NCBI GenBank assembly: GCA_043731805.1
Contig: JAYTIO010000047.1
Coordinates: 1-33,880 of the forward strand
DNA from: Pedosphaera sp.
GTDB taxonomy: Bacteria > Verrucomicrobiota > Verrucomicrobiia > Limisphaerales > SXTU01
Direction of reading: 5' to 3'
Length of the DNA stretch: 33,880 nucleotides
In this document: one piece after another, positions 15,904 through 25,244 of the stretch
Position numbering within the stretch: the stretch's first letter is position 1
Layout: each line of letters starts with the position of its first letter
Notes under the pieces: generated by a model
What the model saw: the letters and a program-made list of their open reading frames with translations, nothing else
Database searches by the model: none
Told to the model about the DNA's origin: nothing
Position numbers and translations under genes: made by a program

Positions 15904-18063
15904 TCAGTAAAGCAGGGGGAACTTCGCCGTCAGTTCGCGCACGCGGGCGCGGACCTTGTGGGCGGTCTCGACGTTCTTAAGGTCGAGCAGGACTTCGGAG
16001 ATCATGTCCGCGATGGCGGCCATCTCGGCTTCCTTCATCCCGCGCGTGGTGCTGGCGGGCGTGCCTAGGCGGATGCCGCTGGCTTGGAACGGCGAGCGGG
16101 TCTCGAAGGGAATCGTGTTCTTGTTGGTCGTGATGCCGGCCTCGTCGAGGGCGATCTGGCTTTCCTTGCCGGTGATGCCGCGCGCGCCAACGTCCACGAG
16201 CATGAGGTGGTTGTCCGTGCCGCCGGAGACGAGGCGGAACCCGTTGCGGAGCATACCGGCGGCGAGCGCCTTGGCGTTGGCGACGATCTGCTGCTGGTAG
16301 GCCTTGAACTCGGGCTGAAGCGCCTCGTGGAAGCAGACCGCCTTGCCGGCGATGACGTGCATGAGCGGGCCGCCTTGGATGCCGGGGAAGACCTGGGAAT
16401 CAATCTCCTTCGCATACTTCGCCGGGCACAGGATGAGGCCGCCGCGCGGGCCGCGCAGGGTCTTGTGCGTGGTGGTGGTGACGAAGTCCGCGTGCGGCAC
16501 GGGGCTGGGATGCACGCCCGTGGCGACCAGGCCGGCGATGTGCGCGATGTCCGCGAGCAGCATGGCCCCGACCTCGCGGGCGATCTCGCCCATGCGCTTG
16601 AAGTCAATGACACGCGGGTAGGCGCTGGCCCCGACGGTGATCATCTTCGGCTTGTGTTCACGGGCCATGACGGCGAGCTGGTCGTAGTCAATGCGCTCGT
16701 CCTCCTTGCGCACGCCGTAGTGGACAATCTCGAAGAACTTGCCGGAGAAGTTCGCCTTGTTGCCGTGCGTGAGGTGGCCGCCGTGGCTGAGGTCCATCGT
16801 CAGCAGCTTGTCGCCGGGCTTCAGGAAGGCGAAATAGACGGCCATGTTCGCGCCGGAGCCGGAATGGGGCTGGACGTTCGCGTGCTCCGCGCCGAAGAGC
16901 TGCTTGGCGCGCGCGATGGCGAGGGTCTCGACGACGTCCACGTTTTCGCAGCCGCCATACCAGCGCTTGCCGGGGTAGCCCTCGGCGTATTTGTTCGTCA
17001 GCACGGAGCCTTGGGCCTCCATGACGGCGGGGCTGGTGAAGTTCTCGCTGGCGATCAGCTCGATGTTCTCCTGCTGGCGCTGCCGCTCTTTGGCGATGGT
17101 TTCAGCGATGGCAGGGTCCACGGCGGACAGACGCAATCCAGTGTTGGGTTCCATTTTTTTAACTCTTCGTTCATGCCGCCCGCCCTCGAACTCGGCGGCG
17201 AGAAAGGCGTCCACAATTTTCCGGCCCTCGTCGGGCGAAGTCAGCCGCTGGCCGAGGCACAGGACGTTGGCGTCGTTGTGCTGGCGGGTGAGGCCGGCCA
17301 TTTCCTCGTTGAACACGAGCGCGGCGCGGATGCCGGGCACCTTGTTCGCCGTGATGCTCATGCCCACGCCGGAGGTGCAGCAGAGCAGGCCGAAGTCGGC
17401 GTTGCCCTCGGCCACCTGCTCGGCGACGAGCTTGGCGTAGTCGGGGTAGTCCGTGGACTCGGACGAGTTCGTGCCGAAGTCCAGCACGCGGACGTGCCGT
17501 TGCTCCAGGTGCCGCTTCAGCGCTTCCTTGAGCTGAAGGCCGCCGTGGTCCGCGCCGATGGCGAAGGTCACCGCGCGTCCGTTGCCCGGGCCGTCGCCGT
17601 CTTGCTCGACGAACCGCATCATGGACTCAATGCCCTGCTCGATTTGGTCGCGGCAGTTGAGATACACCTCCAGGTCGCCGCCAATCGGGTCGGCGATGTC
17701 CTTCTCCCAGAAGTCCAGCGTGTCGTCGAATTCGCGCAACACGAAGGTCTTCTCCTCGGCCTGCGGGTAGAGCAGCGTGACCGCTTCCACGTGGCCGCGC
17801 GTCATGCCGAAGATGAAGTCCGCCTCCTGCACCATCGCGCCGGTGAGCATCCGGCTGCGCTGCCCGGTGATGTCGATGCCGAGCTGTTTGAGGCCGGTGA
17901 CGGCGTGATGACTGGGGGACTGCCCGTTGATCGCCCCGACGCCGGCGGAGAGCACGCGGAATTCGCTGCGGCCCTTCACCGCGTGCCGAAACAAACCCTC
18001 TGCCATCGGGCTACGACAGATGTTTCCGGTGCAGACAAACAGGATGGTTTTGGTGCGTGCCAA
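15904..18063 (-). CDS. glyA: Fusion: low-molecular-weight protein phosphatase + ribose-5-phosphate isomerase B + serine hydroxymethyltransferase
   Basis: One uninterrupted ORF. LMW-PTP: [27 protein letters not shown]. RpiB: [42 protein letters not shown]. GlyA: [47 protein letters not shown]. Start is uncertain; TTG 18063 chosen. Confidence 0.93.
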   Translation of the reverse strand: MARTKTILFVCTGNICRSPMAEGLFRHAVKGRSEFRVLSAGVGAINGQSPSHHAVTGLKQLGIDITGQRSRMLTGAMVQEADFIFGMTRGHVEAVTLLYPQAEEKTFVLREFDDTLDFWEKDIADPIGGDLEVYLNCRDQIEQGIESMMRFVEQDGDGPGNGRAVTFAIGADHGGLQLKEALKRHLEQRHVRVLDFGTNSSESTDYPDYAKLVAEQVAEGNADFGLLCCTSGVGMSITANKVPGIRAALVFNEEMAGLTRQHNDANVLCLGQRLTSPDEGRKIVDAFLAAEFEGGRHERRVKKMEPNTGLRLSAVDPAIAETIAKERQRQQENIELIASENFTSPAVMEAQGSVLTNKYAEGYPGKRWYGGCENVDVVETLAIARAKQLFGAEHANVQPHSGSGANMAVYFAFLKPGDKLLTMDLSHGGHLTHGNKANFSGKFFEIVHYGVRKEDERIDYDQLAVMAREHKPKMITVGASAYPRVIDFKRMGEIAREVGAMLLADIAHIAGLVATGVHPSPVPHADFVTTTTHKTLRGPRGGLILCPAKYAKEIDSQVFPGIQGGPLMHVIAGKAVCFHEALQPEFKAYQQQIVANAKALAAGMLRNGFRLVSGGTDNHLMLVDVGARGITGKESQIALDEAGITTNKNTIPFETRSPFQASGIRLGTPASTTRGMKEAEMAAIADMISEVLLDLKNVETAHKVRARVRELTAKFPLLY

Positions 18064-18146
18064 GCGGGGCCAAGATGACGGCGCGAGGGAGGAAGCGTCA
18101 ACGCGGAAATCCAAAACTGCGGCAGTGCCGGTGGGACGTCCCGGCG

Positions 18147-19574
18147 CTACCTCGGCACCGCCTTGATGTCGAACTCGCTCTTGCCGCCCACGACGGCGCG
18201 ACCGGAGATGCGACCGGGGGACTGCTCCTTTTGCGATTGCTGGGGCAGGTAGTTCTGGCCCAGGGGAAGTGGGTCGGAAAGGGCGTTGGTGGGGTTGGCC
18301 TTCTCCTGCTTATCCGCCGACTGCCGCCCCAGCCGCACGCCACTATAGCTGGTCGGTTGCAACGCGGGCGTCGCCAGAGCGGGTTGGGCGGCCTCAGCGG
18401 GCAGCCACTCACCGCGAAACTCGACCGACTGGTTGAGTTTGCGGTTCACGCCGTTGGCGTAGAAGCGGTAGGCCGACTGTGGGTCGGCCGACTGGGCTGA
18501 CTGGCTGGTGGCGTCCTTGCGCTTCGTTGCCTCGTCGAACTTGGCCGCGCCTTTCATCCGACTTTCCTCGACCGGCGAGGGGGTCACGGTGCCGTCGTAA
18601 GTCGAGCCATCGGCATCCACGATGCGCACGCGGTCGCCGGTGCGCTCGAAGGCGAAGTCCTGCAGCACCTGCGGCACGGGCGGGGAGTTGAAGTTCTGCC
18701 GGTAGCCTGCTCGGTTGTCCAACTGCTGGAACCGCTGGCGCACCGGGGCTACCTCGGTGACGGCGCTGACGCCCAACCGCACCGGGGTGCTGGCGGCAAT
18801 CGGAGCGGCCCCAGTCAGATGCACCGCCCGCTGGAGTTCGATGTTGGCCAGCTTGAGCTTCGATTCGTCGTCGGTCGCCTTCGACTCGGCGGCTTCCGTG
18901 GCTTTGAGCGCCTTGGCAAGTTGCATCCCTTCGCCCGCCGCAGGCTTCTCCGCGAACCTCTTGTCCGCGTCCCTCGCGAACACGTTCGCTGACTTCGCGG
19001 CGGCCGGGGCAGCGACGGGAGCGGGGGGCGGCGCGCCGCGGTCGTTGCTCTTGAAGTTGTTCACGGACGGGGGCGGCGCGGCGGCCACGCTGCGGCGATT
19101 GAGTGTCTCCTCTTGCGGCACCGCCGGGAGCGGAGCGGTGGCCGCCACCGGGGCGGATTGCTTGGCCCGCGCCGGACTCTGGGCAACAGGCGGTGCTTGG
19201 TCCGCTACGACGATGGGCGGCGGCACCGGCAGTTGGTCGGGGAACGTGCGCTGTTGCTCTCGCTGGCGCGGGTCGTTGCGCAACACCGCGAGCACGACGG
19301 CCAGGCACGCGAACATCGCGCCGCCCCAGAGGACGCGCTGCTTGTGCCGGGCGAAGAATCCCGGCTGCTGGTGCGACATCACGAACGACCGCACGAAGTT
19401 CTTGGCCGCCTCCTCCGAAGTGAGCAGCGGGCGGCTGGCCGTGCGCGCGACCTCGCTCTGGAGCATCTTCCGCGTGGCGGGATGCAGCTCGAGTGGCGCG
19501 CCCGCCTGCTCGCGCCGCCGCCGCTGGTAGGCCAGCAGGTGTTGTTCGAGGTCGCGTTGGGGTTCGTGGGCCAT
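18147..19574 (-). CDS. Putative membrane-anchored anti-sigma factor / hypothetical protein
   Basis: Directly downstream of the ECF sigma. Short N-terminal domain, one TM segment ([18 protein letters not shown]), Ala/Pro-rich linker, beta-rich C-terminal domain. Confidence 0.7.
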   Translation of the reverse strand: MAHEPQRDLEQHLLAYQRRRREQAGAPLELHPATRKMLQSEVARTASRPLLTSEEAAKNFVRSFVMSHQQPGFFARHKQRVLWGGAMFACLAVVLAVLRNDPRQREQQRTFPDQLPVPPPIVVADQAPPVAQSPARAKQSAPVAATAPLPAVPQEETLNRRSVAAAPPPSVNNFKSNDRGAPPPAPVAAPAAAKSANVFARDADKRFAEKPAAGEGMQLAKALKATEAAESKATDDESKLKLANIELQRAVHLTGAAPIAASTPVRLGVSAVTEVAPVRQRFQQLDNRAGYRQNFNSPPVPQVLQDFAFERTGDRVRIVDADGSTYDGTVTPSPVEESRMKGAAKFDEATKRKDATSQSAQSADPQSAYRFYANGVNRKLNQSVEFRGEWLPAEAAQPALATPALQPTSYSGVRLGRQSADKQEKANPTNALSDPLPLGQNYLPQQSQKEQSPGRISGRAVVGGKSEFDIKAVPR

Positions 19575-19598
19575 GCGCGGGTCAGGTTCGGAGAATGG

Positions 19599-19678
19599 GA
19601 TTAAGAGTAAGATTACGAGTAAGGGTAAGAAGCGAACTGGCCGGCGAAAGCGCAGCGTTCTTACTCGTAATCTTAATC
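19599..19678. repeat. AT-rich hexamer-period repeat with inverted copy
   Basis: gattaa gagtaa gattac gagtaa gggtaa ga (19599-19630) and tcttactcgtaatcttaatc (19659-19678). They share the inverted core taagattacgagtaag. Confidence 0.85.
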
Positions 19679-19685
19679 ATCGGCT

Positions 19686-20321
19686 TCATCGTGCTCCCGG
19701 GTTGGACGGGGAAACCGCCGCTTTCCCCCCGGCGAAGATGGGCCGGGCGATTTCCTCCAGCTTGTCGAGGCACTTGCTCAGGCGCGAGCTGACCGTCTTT
19801 TCGTTCAAGCGGAGGGAGCGGCTAATCTCTTCGTAACTCAGGTCCGCGAAGTAGCGCAGCTCGATAATCTCCTGGCACGGTCCGCCGAGCTGTTCCAGCG
19901 CGTGGCCGACCAGCAACGCGCGCTCGGCGTGCAGCAGCAGGCCATCTGGCCCCGGCAGGTGGCTGGGCGCGTCGAGCGTCAGGCCCGTCACCGGGTCTTC
20001 CGCGTGGAGCGAGAGCGGTTGTTGGCCGCCGCCGCGCTTGGCCGCGCGCAGTTTATCGAGGTAGTCGCGCGCCTTGTTGCCCGCGATGCGGAACAGCCAC
20101 GTTTGGAGCTGGCAGTCGCCGTGGAAGTTGCCGATGTGCTTGATGACGGAGAGGAACGTCTCCTGCGCGATCTCGTCCGCATCCTCGCGCGAGAACTGCG
20201 GCGAGAGCTGGAAGATGTAGCGCCCCACCGCCGCGTAATGCAGGTCAAAGAGGTCGTCCCACGCGCGCGCGTCGCCGCGCCGGCAGCGCGCGACCAGCTC
20301 GGATTCGCCGGCGGAACTCAT
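19686..20321 (-). CDS. ECF sigma-70 family RNA polymerase sigma factor
   Basis: MSSAGESELVARCRRGDARAWDDLF; region 2 DADEIAQETF..TWLFRIAGNKARD; region 4 LRYFADLSYEEISRSLRLNEKTVSSRLSK. Confidence 0.93.
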   Translation of the reverse strand: MSSAGESELVARCRRGDARAWDDLFDLHYAAVGRYIFQLSPQFSREDADEIAQETFLSVIKHIGNFHGDCQLQTWLFRIAGNKARDYLDKLRAAKRGGGQQPLSLHAEDPVTGLTLDAPSHLPGPDGLLLHAERALLVGHALEQLGGPCQEIIELRYFADLSYEEISRSLRLNEKTVSSRLSKCLDKLEEIARPIFAGGKAAVSPSNPGAR

Positions 20322-20431
20322 GGGCGCGGAGACTACCAAAGGCCGGGTGAGCCTGGCGAGTCCGGCAGTGGGCCGCCGCCGCCCGCCGCGCCGGGACCGC
20401 CAGGAGGCGGGAGCCGGCCGTAGTAAAAGCA

Positions 20432-20460
20432 TTGACACCAACGGCCCCCTTCGACAGGTT
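20432..20460 (+). promoter_or_regulatory. Possible sigma70 promoter for rho
   Basis: Perfect TTGACA at 20432-20437 preceded by an A-rich tract. The -10 position after a 17-nt spacer reads CAGGTT, a poor match. Confidence 0.25.
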
Positions 20461-20645
20461 GCGAGCGAATTAACCGCCAGATTCCCGCCGCCGCAAATTG
20501 AGCGTGGGTCAATCCTCAGCCGAAATTCCCCGGTAGTAGTCACCGCGTTTGATTGAACGCGCTTCCGTGGCAGCTAGTCGAATACCAGATCACCGGCAGG
20601 CATTATTGGCCCGCCAACCAACACAACTTAGTTTCCGTTCCCCGT

Positions 20646-22265
20646 ATGCCACGAATTGCCAAACCGAAGGTCGCCAAGGTCAAGCGGCCCGCCGCCACCG
20701 CCGAAGCCGAAGCCCCCGCCGAGTTGACCGCGCCCGCCGCCTCTGTAACCGCCGCGCCCGAGTCCATGTTCCCCGCCGAGGCGCCCGCCATCGCGTCCGC
20801 CGCGCCGGTCGAGGAGTTTTCTCCCGGTGCCGGCCGGGCCAGCGCCGCACCGGAACCCGCCGTTGCCCCCGTGCCTGAGCCGCCGCCGCCCGCGCCTGCA
20901 CCCGCAGCGGAAAGGGGACAGTCCGCACCCAAACACCAGAAGCAGAAGGGCCCCAAGCCCGCTCCCGCTCCCGCCCCCGAGCGCTCCGCGCCCGAAATCA
21001 AGGGCGCACCGCTGGCCATCTCCTCGTTGCAGGCCCTCTCCATCGCCGACCTCAATAAGATGGCCAAGGACATGGGCGTGGAGAACTACGGCACCCTCCG
21101 CAAACAGGAAGTCATCTTCGCCATCCTGAAGAAAAACGCCGAAGGCGCCGGCGGCCTCTTCGCCGAGGGCGTCCTCGAAGTCCTGAGCGAAGGCTTCGGC
21201 TTCCTCCGCTCGCAGGCCTTCAACTACCTGCCCTGCCCCGAAGACGTTTACGTCTCCCCCTCGCAGATCCGCCGCTTCGACCTCCAGACCGGCGACCTCG
21301 TGGCCGGCCAGATCCGCCCGCCCAAGGAGAAGGAGAAGTTCTTCGCCCTGCTCAAGGTCGAGTCCGTCAACCACATGGAGCCCGACAAGGCCAAGGAGAA
21401 GACGCACTTCGACAACCTCACGCCGCTCTTCCCCAACAAGCGCTTCATCCTCGAGACCGACCCCACCGAGCTTTCGACGCGCGTGCTGGACCTCGTCTGC
21501 CCCATCGGCAAAGGCACGCGCGGCGTCATCGTCGCCCCGCCGCGCACCGGCAAAACCGTGCTGCTCCAGAAGCTCGCCAACGCCCTCATCAAGAACAACC
21601 CCGAGGTCTATCTCATCATCCTGCTGATTGACGAGCGCCCCGAGGAAGTCACCGACATGGAGCGCTCGTGCAAACCCGCCGAGGTCATCGCGTCCACCTT
21701 CGACGAACCCCCCGAGCGCCACGTCCAAGTCGCCGAGATGGTCATCGAAAAGGCCCGCCGCCTCGTCGAGCACAAGAAGGACGTCGTCATCCTGCTCGAC
21801 TCCATCACGCGTCTAGCCCGCGCCTACAACACCGTCCAGCCGCACTCCGGCAAGATTCTCTCCGGCGGCGTGGACGCCAACGCCCTGCACAAGCCCAAGC
21901 GCTTCTTCGGCGCGGCGCGCAACATCGAGGAAGGCGGCTCGCTCACCATCATGGCCACGGCCCTCGTGGACACCGGCAGCCGCATGGATGAAGTCATCTT
22001 CGAGGAGTTCAAGGGCACCGGCAACATGGAGGTCCACCTCGACCGCGGCCTCGTGGACCGCCGCATCTTCCCCTCGATCAACGTCGAGCGCTCCGGCACC
22101 CGCAAGGAAGAGCTGCTCTACCACCCGGACGAATACAACAAGGTTGTCCTCCTGCGCCGCGCCCTCACCGGCGTGCCGCCCGTCGAGGCCATGGAGCTGT
22201 TGCTCAACAAGCTCAAGAAGACCCCGAGCAACATCATGTTCCTCCTCGGCATGAACGCGGGCTGA
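20646..22265 (+). CDS. rho: Transcription termination factor Rho with Ala/Pro-rich N-terminal extension
   Basis: [103 protein letters not shown]. Confidence 0.98.
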   Translation: MPRIAKPKVAKVKRPAATAEAEAPAELTAPAASVTAAPESMFPAEAPAIASAAPVEEFSPGAGRASAAPEPAVAPVPEPPPPAPAPAAERGQSAPKHQKQKGPKPAPAPAPERSAPEIKGAPLAISSLQALSIADLNKMAKDMGVENYGTLRKQEVIFAILKKNAEGAGGLFAEGVLEVLSEGFGFLRSQAFNYLPCPEDVYVSPSQIRRFDLQTGDLVAGQIRPPKEKEKFFALLKVESVNHMEPDKAKEKTHFDNLTPLFPNKRFILETDPTELSTRVLDLVCPIGKGTRGVIVAPPRTGKTVLLQKLANALIKNNPEVYLIILLIDERPEEVTDMERSCKPAEVIASTFDEPPERHVQVAEMVIEKARRLVEHKKDVVILLDSITRLARAYNTVQPHSGKILSGGVDANALHKPKRFFGAARNIEEGGSLTIMATALVDTGSRMDEVIFEEFKGTGNMEVHLDRGLVDRRIFPSINVERSGTRKEELLYHPDEYNKVVLLRRALTGVPPVEAMELLLNKLKKTPSNIMFLLGMNAG

Positions 22266-22284
22266 ACGCCGCCAACTCTCCTCC

Positions 22285-22311
22285 CTCTCCCCTCCTCGAA
22301 GGAGGGGAGAG
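22285..22311 (+). terminator. Strong hairpin 20 nt after rho stop (terminator-like or REP-like)
   Basis: ctctcccctcc-tcgaa-ggaggggagag, perfect 11-bp stem. There is no U-tract, so it is not a canonical intrinsic terminator. Confidence 0.5.
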
Positions 22312-22356
22312 AATCTACGGCCCGCGAGCCCGCGATTTCAGCCCTCGAATCCGCGT

Positions 22357-22443
22357 TGGTAGGGCGCGCTGTCCCCAGCACGCCGTCGAGGTTCTGCGGC
22401 GTGCGGGTGGCCGACGGCGGGGTGAGGACACCCCGCCCTACCA
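22357..22443. repeat. GTAG-type REPIN-like inverted repeat between convergent genes
   Basis: tggtagggcgcgctgtccccagcacgccgtcg (22357-22388) and cgacggcggggtgaggacaccccgccctacca (22412-22443) are 27/32 inverted-identical. Confidence 0.88.
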
Positions 22444-22451
22444 CCGCTGCC

Positions 22452-23849
22452 TCACTTCCGCAGCGCCGCTTCAATCGCCGCCTTCATCCGCGCCTCGCTC
22501 CCGGGCGCGACCCAGCACCAGTCCCCGAGATTGGAATCCTTCTCCGCCCACGCGCGCTCGACGGGGATGTAGCCCGGCGCGCTCTCGCCGTAGCCCGCCA
22601 CCATCACAAACGTGTCCGGCCGCACCGCCTGCGCGTGCAGTTGATACTCCACGTAAGCCTCCGCCGGCAGCAGGAGGAACTGCGCGGGGCCGAAATCCAC
22701 CGCCGGCACATCGATCGGCTGCCCCGTCGCTGCCCGCTTGCGCCACGACAGGTTCATCGCCGCCAGACACTGCGCGAACGGTTTCTGGTCCGCCGCGAGC
22801 AGCTTCTCCGAGCCCGCCACAGTGAAGCCCTCCGGCTCGTTGCGCGCCTCCAGCGTCAGCGGCACGGAGCGAAATTTCATCTGCTCCAGCGGCACTTTTT
22901 TCGTGTCGCGCCACGCCTCGGCCATCGCCTGGTAAATCCGACCCGCCAGCACCACGCGGTTCTCCCTCATGCCCGGATTGTATTTGCCGGCCGTCACGTT
23001 CCCGCTGCAACCGGAGAAGTAAACCTGCGCCACCCCCGGCAAATCCTCCTGCCGCCGCCGCCGCGCCAGCCCGGGGAAGTCCGCCGACACCTCGCCGCCG
23101 CCGTAGTAGCTCATGGGGTGAACGGCGTAGTTGCTCAAGGCGACGAGCGGTGTGTTCCCGTTCCAGAAGCTCAACGTCTTGAGCATCGGATCAATGTCCC
23201 CGTCGTCCGCCTGCGCCGCCAGCACGTTGCTGTTCCGGCTCATGCGCCCGTAGGAAACCTTGCCGTCGGGCAACACGTAGCGGCGGTTGGAAGCCACCTT
23301 CTCCACCCGCGCCTGCCCGAGCCCGAACTGCGTCACGCGCGCGGCGGACTTCAGACTTTCCCGCAGCGCCTGGGCCACCCGCTGGACGGCCTCCTCGTGG
23401 AAGTCCACATCGCAGACCGTCCCCGCACACCTGTGCGCTTTGAGGATGCGCTCTGCTTCAAGGTCCGCCACCGGCGCATCGTGGACGTGCGTGCTGGAGA
23501 CCAAGACCCGTTCCCGCTCCGTGCCAGCGGCCTCCGCCAGCACCTCCCGCCAGCGGTCGAAGGCCGCGTTACGGATTTCGCACCAGTCCACCGAGACCAG
23601 CACGACGGGCTTGTCCCCACCCAGCAGAACGATGCCCTTGGCGAAGAGCGGGTCCGCGACGGATTTGGAAAGCCACGCGCCACCCATCATCCCGTGGCCC
23701 ACCGGCACCGTCACGTCGGCCGAGAAGGCGGCGAGCCGGAACTCGGGCGCGACCGCCGCCAGCGCCCGGCCCACCACGAGCGTGCCGGCCGAGGCCAACG
23801 TGTGGGCGAGAAACTTTCTCCGGGAGGTGCGGCGTTGGATTGGATTCAC
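22452..23849 (-). CDS. Tat-exported neutral/alkaline ceramidase-like metallo-amidohydrolase
   Basis: GTG start 23849, SRRKFL Tat motif; ADVTVP, DPLFAKGIVL, VSVDW, SSTHVHDAP, NYAVHP, VSADFPG, YFSGCSGN, LPAEAYVEYQ, GYIP. Confidence 0.75.
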   Translation of the reverse strand: MNPIQRRTSRRKFLAHTLASAGTLVVGRALAAVAPEFRLAAFSADVTVPVGHGMMGGAWLSKSVADPLFAKGIVLLGGDKPVVLVSVDWCEIRNAAFDRWREVLAEAAGTERERVLVSSTHVHDAPVADLEAERILKAHRCAGTVCDVDFHEEAVQRVAQALRESLKSAARVTQFGLGQARVEKVASNRRYVLPDGKVSYGRMSRNSNVLAAQADDGDIDPMLKTLSFWNGNTPLVALSNYAVHPMSYYGGGEVSADFPGLARRRRQEDLPGVAQVYFSGCSGNVTAGKYNPGMRENRVVLAGRIYQAMAEAWRDTKKVPLEQMKFRSVPLTLEARNEPEGFTVAGSEKLLAADQKPFAQCLAAMNLSWRKRAATGQPIDVPAVDFGPAQFLLLPAEAYVEYQLHAQAVRPDTFVMVAGYGESAPGYIPVERAWAEKDSNLGDWCWVAPGSEARMKAAIEAALRK

Positions 23850-23963
23850 GCGGCATCCGACGCGGCTGAAGGGGGAGAAATTCCGCCGGCCACGCGGGCG
23901 CTTCGGCCAGTGGGGCGCACCGATGAAGACCGCTGTAGGCGCAGCGTCAGCCATTGCGTCCGA

Positions 23964-25244
23964 ATGACCGAACCCAAAGCCCCAATGCCAGCCCCCTACG
24001 CCCTCACCCGCGCCCCGCTCTCCCGCCGCACCTTTCTGCGCGGCACGGGCGTTGCACTCACGCTGCCGTTCCTCGATGCCATGCGCCCCGCGTTCGGAGC
24101 CGACGCGAGCAAGGCCCCGCCGCGCCGCATGGTGTGCATCGAGACGAACATGGGCATCCTCCCGCAGTTCTTCTTCCCCGAGCAGCCGGGCAAGGACTAC
24201 GCGCCCAGCCCGTATCTCGAACGTCTCGCGGCGCACCGCCAGCAGATGACCGTGCTCTCGGGCACGAGCCATCCCGGCGTCACTGGCGCGCACGCGGCGG
24301 AGAAGTGCTTCCTCACCGGCACGCCGCACCCGGAGCGTGGTGGCTTCCGCAACTGGATTTCCCTCGACCAGTTCGCCGCCGAGCGCGTCGGCAACCACAC
24401 GCGCTACCCCTCGCTCGTGCTCGCGATGAGCAACGAAGGTTCCACCCTCAGCTACACCCGCAGCGGCGCGCCCATCCCGTCCGAGAAAAGCCCGAAGAAG
24501 CTGTTTCAAAAACTCTTCATCCAAGGCAACCCCAAGGAAGTCGCCGCCAACGTCGAGGCCATCAAACAAGGCCGCAGCCTCCTCGACTTCGTCGGCGACC
24601 AGTCCAAGCGCCTCAACCGCTCGCTCTCGAAGGCCGACCAGTCGCGCATGGACCAATACTACACGTCCGTCCGCGACCTCGAACAGCGCCTGCACAGCTC
24701 GGAGGAATGGGAATACAAACCCAAACCCGTCGTCACCGCCAAGGCCCCCGAGGACATTGATGACGGCAAGGAGTTCGTCGCCAAGACCCGCCTGATGTTC
24801 GAGGTGATGAAGCTCGCGCTGGAGACCGACTCCACGCGCATCGTCTCGCTCTTCATTGACACCACGGTCATCCACAACATCACGCACCACGGCAACCGCC
24901 CCGAGGTGCTGGGCGAATTGCGCGGGCACGAGGAGAAGCAGTTCGACGCGCTCAACGGCTTTTTCACCGCGCTCGCCACGACGAAGGAGGAGAACCAGAC
25001 CTTGCTCGATCGCACGATGGTCCTCTACGGCACGCCGATGGGCAGCGCGAACTCGCACTCGAACGTGAACCTCCCCGTGCTGCTCGCGGGCGGCGGCTTC
25101 AAGCACGGCCAGCACCTCGCCTTCAACAAGGACAACAACTACCCGCTCACGAACCTCTTCGTCTCCATGCTCCAACGCCTGGGCATCGAGACCGACCAGT
25201 TCAGCACCGGCAAGGGCACGCTGCGCGGACTGGAGCTGGCGTGA
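23964..25244 (+). CDS. DUF1552 (HXXSHH-type) Tat-exported protein
   Basis: LSRRTFLRGTGVALTLPFLDAM, ISLDQFAA, TRYPSLVL, SLLDFV, YYTSVRDLEQRL, ALETDSTRIV, HNITHHG, TLLDRTMVLYG, NSHSNVNLPVLLAGGGFKHGQH, PLTNLFVSMLQRLG. Confidence 0.9.
   Translation: MTEPKAPMPAPYALTRAPLSRRTFLRGTGVALTLPFLDAMRPAFGADASKAPPRRMVCIETNMGILPQFFFPEQPGKDYAPSPYLERLAAHRQQMTVLSGTSHPGVTGAHAAEKCFLTGTPHPERGGFRNWISLDQFAAERVGNHTRYPSLVLAMSNEGSTLSYTRSGAPIPSEKSPKKLFQKLFIQGNPKEVAANVEAIKQGRSLLDFVGDQSKRLNRSLSKADQSRMDQYYTSVRDLEQRLHSSEEWEYKPKPVVTAKAPEDIDDGKEFVAKTRLMFEVMKLALETDSTRIVSLFIDTTVIHNITHHGNRPEVLGELRGHEEKQFDALNGFFTALATTKEENQTLLDRTMVLYGTPMGSANSHSNVNLPVLLAGGGFKHGQHLAFNKDNNYPLTNLFVSMLQRLGIETDQFSTGKGTLRGLELA

Noticed and set aside
17150-17175. 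A7 run and rare codons at the RpiB-GlyA junction as a programmed frameshift or slippage site
   Set aside because: GTT-AAA-AAA-ATG is not a properly phased X-XXY-YYZ heptamer and the run is short for transcriptional slippage. An internal GlyA start at this ATG remains possible but unsupported.
22356-25244. Apparent 962-aa (+) and 907-aa (-) fully overlapping ORFs
   Set aside because: Each is a real gene (DUF1552 from 23964; ceramidase-like from 23849) extended upstream through the antisense of the other. The Tat signal peptides mark the true starts.
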